Assembly: GCA_026395435.1 (NCBI GenBank)
Contig: JAPLYT010000013.1
Span: 1-45,023, forward strand
Direction: 5' to 3'
Origin: Candidatus Saccharimonadota bacterium
Lineage (GTDB): Bacteria > Patescibacteriota > Saccharimonadia > Saccharimonadales > AWTP1-31
Length of the DNA: 45,023 nt
This document shows positions 9,051-18,295 of this stretch, one piece after another. Position 1 is the first letter of the stretch. The number at the start of each line of letters is the position of its first letter. The notes below the pieces were generated by a model. That model made no database searches and was not told the DNA's origin. It saw only the letters and a list, made by a program, of their open reading frames with translations. The translations under genes and the position numbers were made by a program.

Positions 9051-9142
9051 TGAATAAAATTTCCAAAAAAGAAAACAGCATCACGAATTACAGCTGCTGA
9101 CAGACTGGACAAGATTTCAGATGTAGATCGTAAATTAATCAT
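9029..9142 (-). CDS. Phe-rich leader peptide (37 aa: MINLRSTSEILSSLSAAVIRDAVFFFGNFIQAASPRT)
   Basis: Manually translated. All four Phe codons cluster (FFFGNF, 9073-9056) immediately before the antiterminator arm, upstream of a PheRS-like gene. Confidence 0.75.
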   Translation of the reverse strand: MINLRSTSEILSSLSAAVIRDAVFFFGNFIQAASPRT

Positions 9143-9148
9143 TTTTAT

Positions 9149-9177
9149 ATATTATCATTATAATATAACTATGTCAA
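9149..9177 (-). promoter_or_regulatory. Sigma70-type promoter for the leader/PheRS-like unit
   Basis: TTGACA (9177-9172), 17 nt, TAATAT, 6 nt, ATG of the leader peptide. Confidence 0.6.
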
Positions 9178-9181
9178 GTAT

Positions 9182-10468
9182 CTAGGCACTTTGGAGGGCT
9201 TCGACACCGGGTAGTTTTTTACCACTCATCAGTTCCAGTCCGGCTCCACCACCGGTCGAAACATGGTCGAAACTGCCGGTGAGTTTCCTGCTTTCGACAT
9301 ATCCAACGGTGTCGCCACCGCCAACGACACTAAATGGTCGGTGCCCAAATTGACCGAGCATGGCGTCGACCAGAATCTCGGTACCGTGCGAAAACGGCCC
9401 CACGGGCCCATGAATCGCTGGCGTTTCGGTTACGCCCAGTGCACCGTTCCAGATGACAGTATTACAGAGTTGCATGCCTCCGGCGATGAAGGCCCCTGTC
9501 ATTGGGCCAATATCAAGAATAAGTTCGTCATGATCGACCTTGCCGGCTTCTCGCCCGGGGATTTTAGGATAATCTTCGATGTCGGCGATAGTTTGTGTAC
9601 CCCAGTCGACGATGCGGGTTGTCGTTTTGGAGTCGAGTTTTGTAGCTACCACGCCATCAGTCGGTAAATGAAATACGAACGATCGTTTCTTTGCTTCCTT
9701 GGCTGCTCGCTCCAAAATATCCTTAGCTAATGGAACATCGTCGGGATCGCTCAAACTCTTACCGATATCGACACCTTGCGCCCGGAGAAAGGTGTTTGCC
9801 ATAGCGCCACCCACTACCAAGAAATCCGCTATATCAATAAATCGGTTCAACACCGTAATCTTGTCGGCTATTTTGGCACCACCAATGACAGCCATTAGTG
9901 GTCGATTGGGCTTGCTCATGACATTGGTGATGGTATCTACTTCGTGTTCAAGCAGCAGACCGGCAACACTTGGAATAAATTTGGTAATGGCGCTGGTGGA
10001 GGCGTGGGCGCGATGCACCACCCCGAATCCATCCTGTACAAACACATCTGCCATGCTGGCAAGCTCACTGGCAAAAGCGGTATCGTTGTCTTCTTCTTGG
10101 ATATGATAGCGAAGATTTTCGAGTAAGATGATATCGCCAGGTTTCATAGCTGCTACTTTTTGTTTAACTACGTCGCCAATGCAATCAGGCGCAAAAGCGA
10201 CTGGTGTGTCGAGCAACTTTGATAGTCGCTTAGCGACTGGCTGCAGGCTACAACTCTCATCGGTCGGACTTTTTGGTCGTCCTAAATGCGAAATAATGAT
10301 TATTATGGCACCCTGTTTTTTCAGATATTCCAGCGTAGGGACGGATTGGGTTATTCGATAGTCATCGGTGATTGTGCCGTCTTTTCCAACGGGTACATTA
10401 TAGTCAGCACGGAGGAGTACTCGCTTACCTTTTAGGTTTAAATCTCTGATAGTCTTCTTGGTAAACAT
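9182..10468 (-). CDS. pgk: Phosphoglycerate kinase
   Basis: RADYNVP, SHLGRP, LLENLRY, DGFGVVHRAHAS, GGAKIADK, GGGDT, HVSTGGGA motifs. Confidence 0.97.
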   Translation of the reverse strand: MFTKKTIRDLNLKGKRVLLRADYNVPVGKDGTITDDYRITQSVPTLEYLKKQGAIIIIISHLGRPKSPTDESCSLQPVAKRLSKLLDTPVAFAPDCIGDVVKQKVAAMKPGDIILLENLRYHIQEEDNDTAFASELASMADVFVQDGFGVVHRAHASTSAITKFIPSVAGLLLEHEVDTITNVMSKPNRPLMAVIGGAKIADKITVLNRFIDIADFLVVGGAMANTFLRAQGVDIGKSLSDPDDVPLAKDILERAAKEAKKRSFVFHLPTDGVVATKLDSKTTTRIVDWGTQTIADIEDYPKIPGREAGKVDHDELILDIGPMTGAFIAGGMQLCNTVIWNGALGVTETPAIHGPVGPFSHGTEILVDAMLGQFGHRPFSVVGGGDTVGYVESRKLTGSFDHVSTGGGAGLELMSGKKLPGVEALQSA

Positions 10469-10472
10469 GGGC

Positions 10473-11912
10473 TTAGAGCACTCGTACTTTAATGGTATCG
10501 GTAGTGCCGACGACCCTTGGATATTTGCCCGAAACTGTCACGATGGTGTCACCTTTTTTGAGGACTTTATTGGTATGAAGCCAGTTGGTGAGTTTGGTCG
10601 CAGCGAACGGGTCAACTGGTCGGTCGTAACTCTTGACGCCATAGGCGAGGGCAAGTTGATGAACTGTTCGAACATTGGAAGATACAACTATAACGGGAGC
10701 TTCTGGTCGATGAGAAACGATTTGCAGTGCCGTATCGCCACTCAGCGTCTCGACCACAATTGCTTTGGCGTCTACAGTGTGCGATAGATTAATCACTGCC
10801 GATGATATTGCTTGCTGCTGATTGTGGTCACCTTTTGGCCCATCGGCAAAATTGACCGTTAGTGGATTGTGCTCTTGGACGTAGAGAATCACTCGTTTCA
10901 TAATCTCGACACTTTGAATCGGATATTTACCACTGGCGGTTTCGTCACTGAGCATCACACAATCAGCCCCCAATATGACGGCTGTGGCGATATCGGACAC
11001 TTCGGCCCGAGTAGGCTCGGGCATCTCGGTCATACTGGCAAGCATTTGAGTTGCCACAATTGTTGGCGTGGCATAGCGCAAGCCTAACCCAATGATTTGC
11101 CGCTGCACCACAGGAACGGATTCGGGTAGTGTTTCAATGGCCAAATCGCCGCGGGCGACCATCACCATGTCTGATTCCTTGACGATTGCCTCTAAGTTTT
11201 CGGTAGCCGCTTTTGTCTCAATCTTGGCAATAACCTTTGCGGAACTGCCCAAGTTCTTAAGCATCTTACGAACTTTGGCAACATCAGATGCCTGCTGGAT
11301 GAAACTAAGCGCCACATAGTCAATGTCTTGGGTCGAACCAAATGTCAGGTCAGCTTTGTCTTTGGTAGTCATAATGTCGCCGCCAAAGTCGGTATCAGGT
11401 AAGTTGATGCCCTTGCGCTTCACAAGCACGCCGTCGTTCTCTGCCCGAGCATAAACAATACCATCCTTGACGCTCGTGACGACGGTGCGTATGCGGCCAT
11501 CAAAAAGGAATAATCTCTCCCCGCGCTTCATTTTCTTAGCAAGATCATATTGAGTAGGGATGATGCCCGATGCGTCGTAGTCGGCATTGTATTTAAATGA
11601 CAGGCTCTGGCCAAGCCGCACATTAATAATGCCTTCAAAGTCTCCCAAGCGAATTTTTGGCCCCTGTAAATCTTGGATAATAGCCACAGGTTTGCCGTAT
11701 GCCTTACTAGCCTTTCTGATCCAGCCGATTTGCTCAATACGCTCTTCGTGTGTGCCATGGCTAAAATTAAGCCGGAAGCCGTTAGCACCGGCCTTCATCA
11801 TGGCGAGTATAGAAGTGTAGTTACTGGTAGGCGGACCAATAGTCACGATTATTTTCGTGCGCTTAAAATGAGCTATCGGCACGATTGGCGCCTTATCTGT
11901 TGAATCTACCAT
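10473..11912 (-). CDS. pyk: Pyruvate kinase
   Basis: RTKIIVTIGP, RLNFSHG, DLQGPKIR, IAKIE, MVARGDL, ATQMLASM, PTRAEVSD, MLSDETASG motifs. Confidence 0.97.
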   Translation of the reverse strand: MVDSTDKAPIVPIAHFKRTKIIVTIGPPTSNYTSILAMMKAGANGFRLNFSHGTHEERIEQIGWIRKASKAYGKPVAIIQDLQGPKIRLGDFEGIINVRLGQSLSFKYNADYDASGIIPTQYDLAKKMKRGERLFLFDGRIRTVVTSVKDGIVYARAENDGVLVKRKGINLPDTDFGGDIMTTKDKADLTFGSTQDIDYVALSFIQQASDVAKVRKMLKNLGSSAKVIAKIETKAATENLEAIVKESDMVMVARGDLAIETLPESVPVVQRQIIGLGLRYATPTIVATQMLASMTEMPEPTRAEVSDIATAVILGADCVMLSDETASGKYPIQSVEIMKRVILYVQEHNPLTVNFADGPKGDHNQQQAISSAVINLSHTVDAKAIVVETLSGDTALQIVSHRPEAPVIVVSSNVRTVHQLALAYGVKSYDRPVDPFAATKLTNWLHTNKVLKKGDTIVTVSGKYPRVVGTTDTIKVRVL

Positions 11913-12056
11913 TCCCCTTATTTTAATAGCTTATGGTTGTTTTTACTAGCAGATATTTACGAGACAATATTGACGCCATTAACCATTAGTGAAATACTGA
12001 AACCAGCTAGCAACGTAATACCTGTAGTATTACTTTAAATATGAAAGTAAAATCAT

Positions 12057-13385
12057 ATGCCAGTAACAAAAAATACTAAAATAAAAGCAAAACCACCGCA
12101 GACGAAAGGGCTTCAAACAAAAAGAAAAATTAACAAAAAGATAGTAGCCCTTGTCACTGTAGTAATTGCTGCTATAGGTGCGTTGCTTTTGATATTCTCT
12201 CATGCAGATGTCAATGGATGTACGCAGCTAACTGATACAGATAAAAAAGTATATAGTGTTTGTAGCGTCCGTTTTCTTCGAGGAAGAGATGACTCGATCC
12301 TACTAAAAAGCGGTAGTTCAGAGATCACAAGTCTCAAGGCAGCTGGGTTCGACCAACTAGGCGGTTTTGATTACGGAAATGTCTTCAGAGCTCCAGATGG
12401 CCCATATAAGGGAGCCGTCCCGATATATCGAGTCTTCAATGCCGGAGCAAGTTTGCATGATTTTGTCACCGCTTCACAGCGAGACCAAAAGTCAGCTGTC
12501 TGGAAAGCTAGTTCATACGTAAACGAAGGAATTGCATTTTATGCCTACGAAACACAAGTACCTGGTACTGTACCGGTATATCGCTCATACCATAAAGGCT
12601 CAACTTTTACCCTCTATACAACTGATTTAGCTCAGCGCAATGCCCAAGTAGCGCAAGACGGTAATATCTTGCCTGGAGCAAGTGATGGTTTGAAATACAC
12701 AGGTGATATAGCGTTCTATGTATACCCTAATATTGACTGTTCTAAGGCTGAGAATTTCTATACACCAGGTTGTAACGATGAAAGAACCGACCTATTCACA
12801 CCTCCAGATGTTAAAAAAGCAGCTGAAGACGCTGCCAAAGCCGCAGCTCAAGCACAGATTGCCGCAACCACCGCTAAAACACCCGAAGCTAAAAAAGCAG
12901 CAACTGTAGCTACAACGACAGCGAAAAAAGCTCAACAGACAGCGAAAAAAAGTGGGCAAAAAGCCGCTTCTAAAAATAAGAAAAGCAAAACGCCTGTTGA
13001 TACGGCGACATTAAAACCAGCGCCAGCACCAGTAGTACAGTGTAGTACTGGATTTGAGAGAGGCGGAGACTTTGGTAAATGCGTAAAAATTCAAACAGGA
13101 ACTAATCCTGGACAATGTAGGGCAGATCAATCAAAAAATGCACAAGGTGAGTGTATTGCCACCGTTCCTTTGAAAGATTGTAAAATTTCTTATATCCAAG
13201 ATGGATATACATTCCTAAACCTAGCTGCAGGAACCTTCAGTGATAGATGGACAGGTGCCACACAGAAGGAGTGTGATGGCATACTTATATATAGAGCTAA
13301 GAATCGCAAGAATAACGGCTTTAATCGTGAGAGACACGACTTCAAAGAATACTGGGGGGGAAAATACATTAGAAGTATAAAATAA
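12057..13385 (+). CDS. Membrane-anchored surface protein with DUF5648-like repeats, Ala/Lys-rich linker and Cys-rich C-terminus
   Basis: Basic N-terminus plus TM; repeated VPIYRVFN...H..T / EGIAFYAY...GTVPVYRSY units; AAKAAAQA/KKA-rich linker; paired cysteines. Confidence 0.6.
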   Translation: MPVTKNTKIKAKPPQTKGLQTKRKINKKIVALVTVVIAAIGALLLIFSHADVNGCTQLTDTDKKVYSVCSVRFLRGRDDSILLKSGSSEITSLKAAGFDQLGGFDYGNVFRAPDGPYKGAVPIYRVFNAGASLHDFVTASQRDQKSAVWKASSYVNEGIAFYAYETQVPGTVPVYRSYHKGSTFTLYTTDLAQRNAQVAQDGNILPGASDGLKYTGDIAFYVYPNIDCSKAENFYTPGCNDERTDLFTPPDVKKAAEDAAKAAAQAQIAATTAKTPEAKKAATVATTTAKKAQQTAKKSGQKAASKNKKSKTPVDTATLKPAPAPVVQCSTGFERGGDFGKCVKIQTGTNPGQCRADQSKNAQGECIATVPLKDCKISYIQDGYTFLNLAAGTFSDRWTGATQKECDGILIYRAKNRKNNGFNRERHDFKEYWGGKYIRSIK

Positions 13386-13403
13386 TCAGTGGTGACTATT
13401 CCA

Positions 13404-13429
13404 AAAGGCCGGCAAATTAGCCGGCCTTT
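13404..13429 (+). terminator. Intrinsic terminator
   Basis: AAAGGCCGGC-AAATTA-GCCGGCCTTT just after the stop at 13385. Confidence 0.7.
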
Positions 13430-13583
13430 ATTCTAAAGTTAAAGTACATGATTGTGTTCTTATACAATGAATTACAGCATTGACTCCATTCGTATCACAA
13501 AATCCAAGGTCTAGTGGCTTTAAAAGCCCTATACCAGATGCAAGGGCAAAAAGTTTAGCAAAATAAATCTAACCTTGAATTAA

Positions 13584-13623
13584 TCAAACTAATAACCGGC
13601 CACTCAGCCGGTTATTAGTTTGA
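13584..13623 (-). terminator. Long hairpin, probable terminator of the lnt-like gene
   Basis: TCAAACTAATAACCGGC-CACTCA-GCCGGTTATTAGTTTGA perfect inverted repeat. Confidence 0.65.
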
Positions 13624-13669
13624 GCTTCAATGCATCTGTGTTGGCATTTGATATAAAAGATATAACAGT

Positions 13670-15085
13670 CTATCTTGATATGAAACGGCCCTGGTTGGTG
13701 ATTATGTAGCTTTCGCCGCTGCGACTTGCTTGCACGAGTGGCTTGTTGTTGGATACTGCTTGAAAGCGAGCCATGTTGTGAGCGTAGACATGATAGCGGC
13801 TATGCGGCTTCAGAAACGCCAGCGAGGCGCTGTTGATCAATATGTCGGCTCCATGGTCGGAAAGCCGGTTGTATTCGCTCAGGGCGCTTATGCCGCTACA
13901 TGCCAACGCTCCATAGGTGTGTCCGCCGTAGCTAAACGGGTATTCATCTATCTTGCTATTGGTGATTTGCTGGATATACCTGAACTCATCTAGGGTAGAT
14001 CGCTGCCTAAGGAGCAGGAAGCTTGCCTGTAGGCTATAGGGCAACGTTTCGCCTGTTGGTATCAAAAAGGTTTTGTCTTGTGAATTCACAATAACGCCAT
14101 CGCGGTTGATATAAATCAGTCTGTTAGTACCGAGCGGCGATTTGCCGGCACGAATAGTGGTCACCGCAAGCCCGTTTTTGCTGAGTCGTTTCAGGATTAT
14201 TTTATAGTCGGGGTTGTTAAGTAATTCTGAATATTCCGGTAATACCAGTAGGTCTGTCCCCTGCTTTGGCCACGAGCTTGCGTCCCATGTAGCCAAGCTC
14301 TCGTCTGCCTTGAGCGGGACAAATGAGACTGATAGGTTTTTACTGTCTGTTCGAAGCCCCTCGCGCCATCCTCCGTAGGTCAGGGCAGCAATGATGACAA
14401 GCAGTATTGTTGACGCCAAAGGACGCCTGCGAGTCACTACTAGATAGATGCAAATATTAATGACTACGACCAAAGCGGTCAGTCCAAAAAACCCCACCAA
14501 ACGCGAGGCATAGACCAGCGGAGTGCCAGATGCCGGGACAGCCAATGACCCCCAGTTGAAGTTAGGACTGAGCTTGCCATGTGGGCCGTAGGCCATAATG
14601 GCGAACAAGTAGCTTCGAGCAATTTCGGCGATCGCAAAGCCAAACGGCAAAGCGGCTAAAGCCTGGAATGTTTTTGGAATTTTTGCCAAACAGTACCCAA
14701 GCACCAAGAAACTCAGCGAACAAAAACTACAAATCAACATCCATGCCAAGAACGTGGCGAAGAGAGCGAACGAAGCGCTTAACTTGACCGACCAGTTTTG
14801 CGGATCAAGGTCGAACAGGAACAAATTACCAAAGCCACAAATGATGAAACCGCTGAGATAAAAATCAAGTAGTGCCTGGCGGAGCGTATTTTTGTGCATG
14901 TGCATTACATAATGCACTAAAGGTAGCAGTGATATAACGAGGAGCCACTCGCTTCCCCGTACGACGAACGTCACTCCAGTGAGCAAGCTTGATAGATAGA
15001 TAGTCGAGCGTCTCGCGAGCATAACCCGGTTGTTTGTAAGATAACGCTTAATGGCAACCGCAGATCGCTTATTTGATTTACTCAT
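13670..15085 (-). CDS. Apolipoprotein N-acyltransferase (Lnt)-like membrane protein with nitrilase domain
   Basis: Multi-TM N-terminus (EIARS...WGSLA...GFFGLTALVV); nitrilase triad contexts LVLPEYS (E), QDKTFLIPTGETLP (K), GALACSG (C); ARFQAVSNNKPLVQASRSGES. Confidence 0.8.
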   Translation of the reverse strand: MSKSNKRSAVAIKRYLTNNRVMLARRSTIYLSSLLTGVTFVVRGSEWLLVISLLPLVHYVMHMHKNTLRQALLDFYLSGFIICGFGNLFLFDLDPQNWSVKLSASFALFATFLAWMLICSFCSLSFLVLGYCLAKIPKTFQALAALPFGFAIAEIARSYLFAIMAYGPHGKLSPNFNWGSLAVPASGTPLVYASRLVGFFGLTALVVVINICIYLVVTRRRPLASTILLVIIAALTYGGWREGLRTDSKNLSVSFVPLKADESLATWDASSWPKQGTDLLVLPEYSELLNNPDYKIILKRLSKNGLAVTTIRAGKSPLGTNRLIYINRDGVIVNSQDKTFLIPTGETLPYSLQASFLLLRQRSTLDEFRYIQQITNSKIDEYPFSYGGHTYGALACSGISALSEYNRLSDHGADILINSASLAFLKPHSRYHVYAHNMARFQAVSNNKPLVQASRSGESYIITNQGRFISR

Positions 15086-15975
15086 TAGGCAGTATTCTTT
15101 TTTGATCGACGTTTTATCAAAAAATACATCGACATTGACGACAGAGCCAGCGCATTACACTGCAACAAACGATCGCCAAGGTATCCGAAAGTCTTTTCGT
15201 ACTGAGACTCAGCAGATACAGATGAAGCCTCGTCTAGATGCAATTCATAATACTTTGCCGATACATTTGTATCAGCTAGATGGGCCACGGACTTTTGAAA
15301 ACCATAGTCTAAGACTGCAAATTCATGCCTATCCCGATTGCTGTTCAATGTGGGCTTATCGCAAAAAGATTGAGTCGTTGGATTATTTTTGGCTTCATTT
15401 ATGGCCGCAGTATTATTCTTTACAATATGAGGAGGGAGTGCAGTTTTTTCGGTAAAACTTTGATATCCACTCGCTTTGCCCGGCAATGTATCAAAATATT
15501 TCTCCGTTTCTATATCGAGTGGCTGGCAGGCAAATTTGTGGTCGATACGATGATATAAGGATGATAGCTCGAAACCAGCTTGGGCAAAGGCGTTTTTGTT
15601 TTCATTCTGAGTGAATGAGCGAGCATCTTCTCTGACAGCCAATTCGACGGCATGGGTGCGATCTGTATCAATAACTTCTTGATAATGAACCATCGACATA
15701 ACGCCTAAGGCAAAACCAGCACAGCCAGCCCCGATTCGGACCATCTTTCGAACCATTCGATTGTGATAGATATCTCTCGCATTGTTGTTAAGATTTATAG
15801 CATGAAGCGACACTTGATCTTTAAACGATAGCTCTTCACGCAAAGTGCCTTCGTTAAATTCATTAAATATTTCAACGAAGTGTGGGTCACTACGTTCCAT
15901 ACGAACCTCGATGGAGCTGAGTAATCCTTTTTCGACGTCACTAAGAGGTTGGATGTGCTCATAACTTTCTGACAT
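15085..15975 (-). CDS. Hypothetical membrane protein (two TM helices)
   Basis: 296-aa ORF whose stop overlaps the lnt-like start; no recognised motif. Confidence 0.55.
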   Translation of the reverse strand: MSESYEHIQPLSDVEKGLLSSIEVRMERSDPHFVEIFNEFNEGTLREELSFKDQVSLHAINLNNNARDIYHNRMVRKMVRIGAGCAGFALGVMSMVHYQEVIDTDRTHAVELAVREDARSFTQNENKNAFAQAGFELSSLYHRIDHKFACQPLDIETEKYFDTLPGKASGYQSFTEKTALPPHIVKNNTAAINEAKNNPTTQSFCDKPTLNSNRDRHEFAVLDYGFQKSVAHLADTNVSAKYYELHLDEASSVSAESQYEKTFGYLGDRLLQCNALALSSMSMYFLIKRRSKKNTA

Positions 15976-16090
15976 ATAAAGCCCAGTATATGACTTTGGC
16001 CCTTCGGTGTAAATGGCTACAGGTCCAAATACATCTGCACCCTGCCTTGTTCTTCGAACTCAGGAGTTCGGTTGTCCATTCGGACAACCG

Positions 16091-16130
16091 CCAACGAAAA
16101 GGCCCCACATAAGTGGGGCTCTTTCGTTGG
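16091..16130 (-). terminator. Hairpin immediately 3' of tRNA-Glu
   Basis: CCAACGAAAAGGCCCCAC-ATAA-GTGGGGCTCTTTCGTTGG inverted repeat overlapping the tRNA CCA end. Confidence 0.6.
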
Positions 16131-16202
16131 TGATCCCAAGGAGAATCGAACTCCTATTGCCGGGATGAAAACCCGATTTCCTAACCGTTAGAAGATGGGA
16201 CC
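16128..16202 (-). tRNA. tRNA-Glu (anticodon TTC)
   Basis: GGTCCCATCTTCTAACGGTTAGGAAATCGGG-TTTTCAT-CCCGGCAATAGGAGTTCGATTCTCCTTGGGATCACCA: cloverleaf, TTC anticodon, GTTCGA T-loop, encoded CCA. Confidence 0.95.
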
Positions 16203-16276
16203 ACGTCGTTGCGTGAAGTATATAGACTCAACGCATTTAAGACTTGGAAAGTATAGCATAACAGGGGCTAAAATGG

Positions 16277-16302
16277 AAGACTCCCCGCAAGCGAGGAGTC
16301 TT
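16277..16302 (-). terminator. Hairpin downstream of the PKD surface-protein gene
   Basis: AAGACTCC-CCGCAAGCGA-GGAGTCTT inverted repeat. Confidence 0.5.
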
Positions 16303-16392
16303 ATCTGAGTTGGAGCGGCCAGTCACGTACGGCTCTTTTACTACTCTACCTTATCACAGTTATGGTAACTGTGCAAGGTCGGGGTATCAACC

Positions 16393-18267
16393 TTAGGCTG
16401 ATTTGCGGTCAGCATATGCACGGTGCATGAATGCGCCGATCAATGTAACTGCTGCAAATAGTCCGAGGATGTTTCCTGAACCGGTGTCTGTCAACTTGCC
16501 AGATGGTGGAGTAGTCGGAGGAGTAACAGGAGGAGTGCTGATAGTAACAGCAGCTGAACACTTGTCGCTTTCGACTTTCTTCTCTTCACCATTGACCATG
16601 AACACGACTACGGCACGAGGAACGTATGTTCCGTCTTTGGCATAGGTGTGCTCAACGACAGTTTTGTCGGTCATGAGCTTGTCTGAACCGTCAGCGAAGT
16701 CGTAGCTGATGTACTTCAGCGTTGCACCATCACGGGCAGTGAACTTGGTTGTGTATCGATATGTTTTGTCGGCGATCTTATCAGCAGTGAATAGGTCACA
16801 GCTGTACACAGGAATAACAGGCTTTGGTGAGATAGTAATGCTTGTCGCACAGGTTTCGCTGGTAACAGTCTGGTCTTTATCGTTGACCGTGAACGTAGCA
16901 GCAACAGCAATGTTGAATGTACCATCTTTAGCGTAGGTGTGTTCAGTTGTAGTAGCAGTTGTATTTACGCTTGAACCATCGCCGTAGACGTATTTTAGGT
17001 TCTTGAGTGTTGCACCATCTTTTGCGATGTAACGAACATCGAACTTGTACTTGTGGTCACCAATCTTGGCGCCAGAGAGTAAATCACAGCTGTACACAGG
17101 AGTAACGGGGTTACAGTTTTCTTTCGTGATTGTGACGTCTGCATAGTCGTTGATTTCAGGTGTAGTCGTTGATTTTGCAAATGCAATGTTTCGTACTTTG
17201 GTAGAACATCCAGCAAAGTCATCTTTGGTGATCGCACTAAATACGATCAGTGAATCATCATTAGGGTTGTACTGTCCACCGATGATACCGCCACCGAACA
17301 AAGGTGCATCAGCCTGAACGCCAGATCCTTTGGCGTTGATATACTTAATGCTTCCAGGTACGAGCTGGGTGTGTGGAGGCAAGACATCTCGAGTGGTAAC
17401 ACCCATGAGAGTTGCTGCGCCAGCGTTCTTAGTATTTAGAACGTAGTCAACTTTTGTGCCAGCAGGGACTGAAACTTCTTTGCTCCAGTTGCCTGTCTGA
17501 CCATCTACATGCTTACGAACTTGCTTGGTGAGGTCTAGGTTGTAGCTAGCAGTCTGAACACGGACTCGAATTTCTACAAGTGCGGCAAAGTCGAAACAAC
17601 CAGGAAGATTACCATCCATAGTTTTGTCGCCAATAAGTGCACCAGTAGTAACGATGTTGTCGCTCAAGTTGTAGCTTGCAGTTCCACGAAGGAGTTTTGC
17701 AGAACCAGCAACATATGAAACGCTAAACTGTTGGGAACCAGACATATCGGCAGTGTCTTCTACAGAAGCAGCGTTATCTGCAGTAATGTATGATCGAGCA
17801 CGCAAGACTTGTGCAGTCGCCGTTGGAAGTGCAACACGTACTTTTGCATTCTTGGCTACACCAATAGTGTTGTTGGTGTTTTGGTTAGCGTTGTTGTGCA
17901 CGTATGTTCGCAAAACAACTTCTTTGCTGCCAGTCGTAACGTCACCAATAAGGTCTGCGTTCTGGCCAACTGTTTGGTCAGCACGACGGCCATCGAAGAA
18001 AGCTCGTTCGTCGCCGTAACTTGGAGTGTTGATGAAGCTGTTGAGAACAGGACCCTGCAAAGAACCACAGCGGTTTAATGCAGCGCTATCAGCGGCAACA
18101 CAGGTTGAACCGTTTAGTGGGGCTTTGTTGTAGTCAAATACTGGACGTACTGGGTAATACTCGGCCATAACAGCTAGAGGGATTGCGACTACTGCGGCAA
18201 TTCCAGCTACTGCTACAACTGCACGCATTTTCTTACTGAGTTTCTTGAAGATATTTGGTAGTTTCAT
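16393..18267 (-). CDS. Cell-surface protein with DUF11/pilin-like domain, two tandem PKD domains and an LPXTG-like C-terminal anchor
   Basis: Signal/TM; LTKQVR...KVDY.LN.KN.G...RDVLP...LVPGS (DUF11-like); two YSCDL...DGATLK...Y.(Y/F).DGS...EHTYAKDGT repeats; PPT linker, LTDTG, TM, basic tail. Confidence 0.8.
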   Translation of the reverse strand: MKLPNIFKKLSKKMRAVVAVAGIAAVVAIPLAVMAEYYPVRPVFDYNKAPLNGSTCVAADSAALNRCGSLQGPVLNSFINTPSYGDERAFFDGRRADQTVGQNADLIGDVTTGSKEVVLRTYVHNNANQNTNNTIGVAKNAKVRVALPTATAQVLRARSYITADNAASVEDTADMSGSQQFSVSYVAGSAKLLRGTASYNLSDNIVTTGALIGDKTMDGNLPGCFDFAALVEIRVRVQTASYNLDLTKQVRKHVDGQTGNWSKEVSVPAGTKVDYVLNTKNAGAATLMGVTTRDVLPPHTQLVPGSIKYINAKGSGVQADAPLFGGGIIGGQYNPNDDSLIVFSAITKDDFAGCSTKVRNIAFAKSTTTPEINDYADVTITKENCNPVTPVYSCDLLSGAKIGDHKYKFDVRYIAKDGATLKNLKYVYGDGSSVNTTATTTEHTYAKDGTFNIAVAATFTVNDKDQTVTSETCATSITISPKPVIPVYSCDLFTADKIADKTYRYTTKFTARDGATLKYISYDFADGSDKLMTDKTVVEHTYAKDGTYVPRAVVVFMVNGEEKKVESDKCSAAVTISTPPVTPPTTPPSGKLTDTGSGNILGLFAAVTLIGAFMHRAYADRKSA

Positions 18268-18295
18268 ATTATTTCCTTATTTATCCCTTAAAGCC

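Noticed and set aside
8743-9084. 113-aa ORF from the track
   Set aside because: Its 5' extension runs through the attenuator hairpins. The RBS-supported start is 8946, and the Phe leader lies in another frame.
8977-9142. T-box riboswitch upstream of the PheRS-like gene
   Set aside because: No AAGGTGGCACC/GGTGGTACC-type T-box or specifier stem seen on the coding strand; the leader-peptide model fits better.
9530-9630. Extra ~25-aa segment in Pgk as a mobile insertion
   Set aside because: No palindrome or splice motifs; more likely a lineage-specific loop.
11950-16202. Integrative element at tRNA-Glu
   Set aside because: Accessory-looking genes lie 3' of the tRNA, but no integrase and no duplicated tRNA 3' end (att site) were found.
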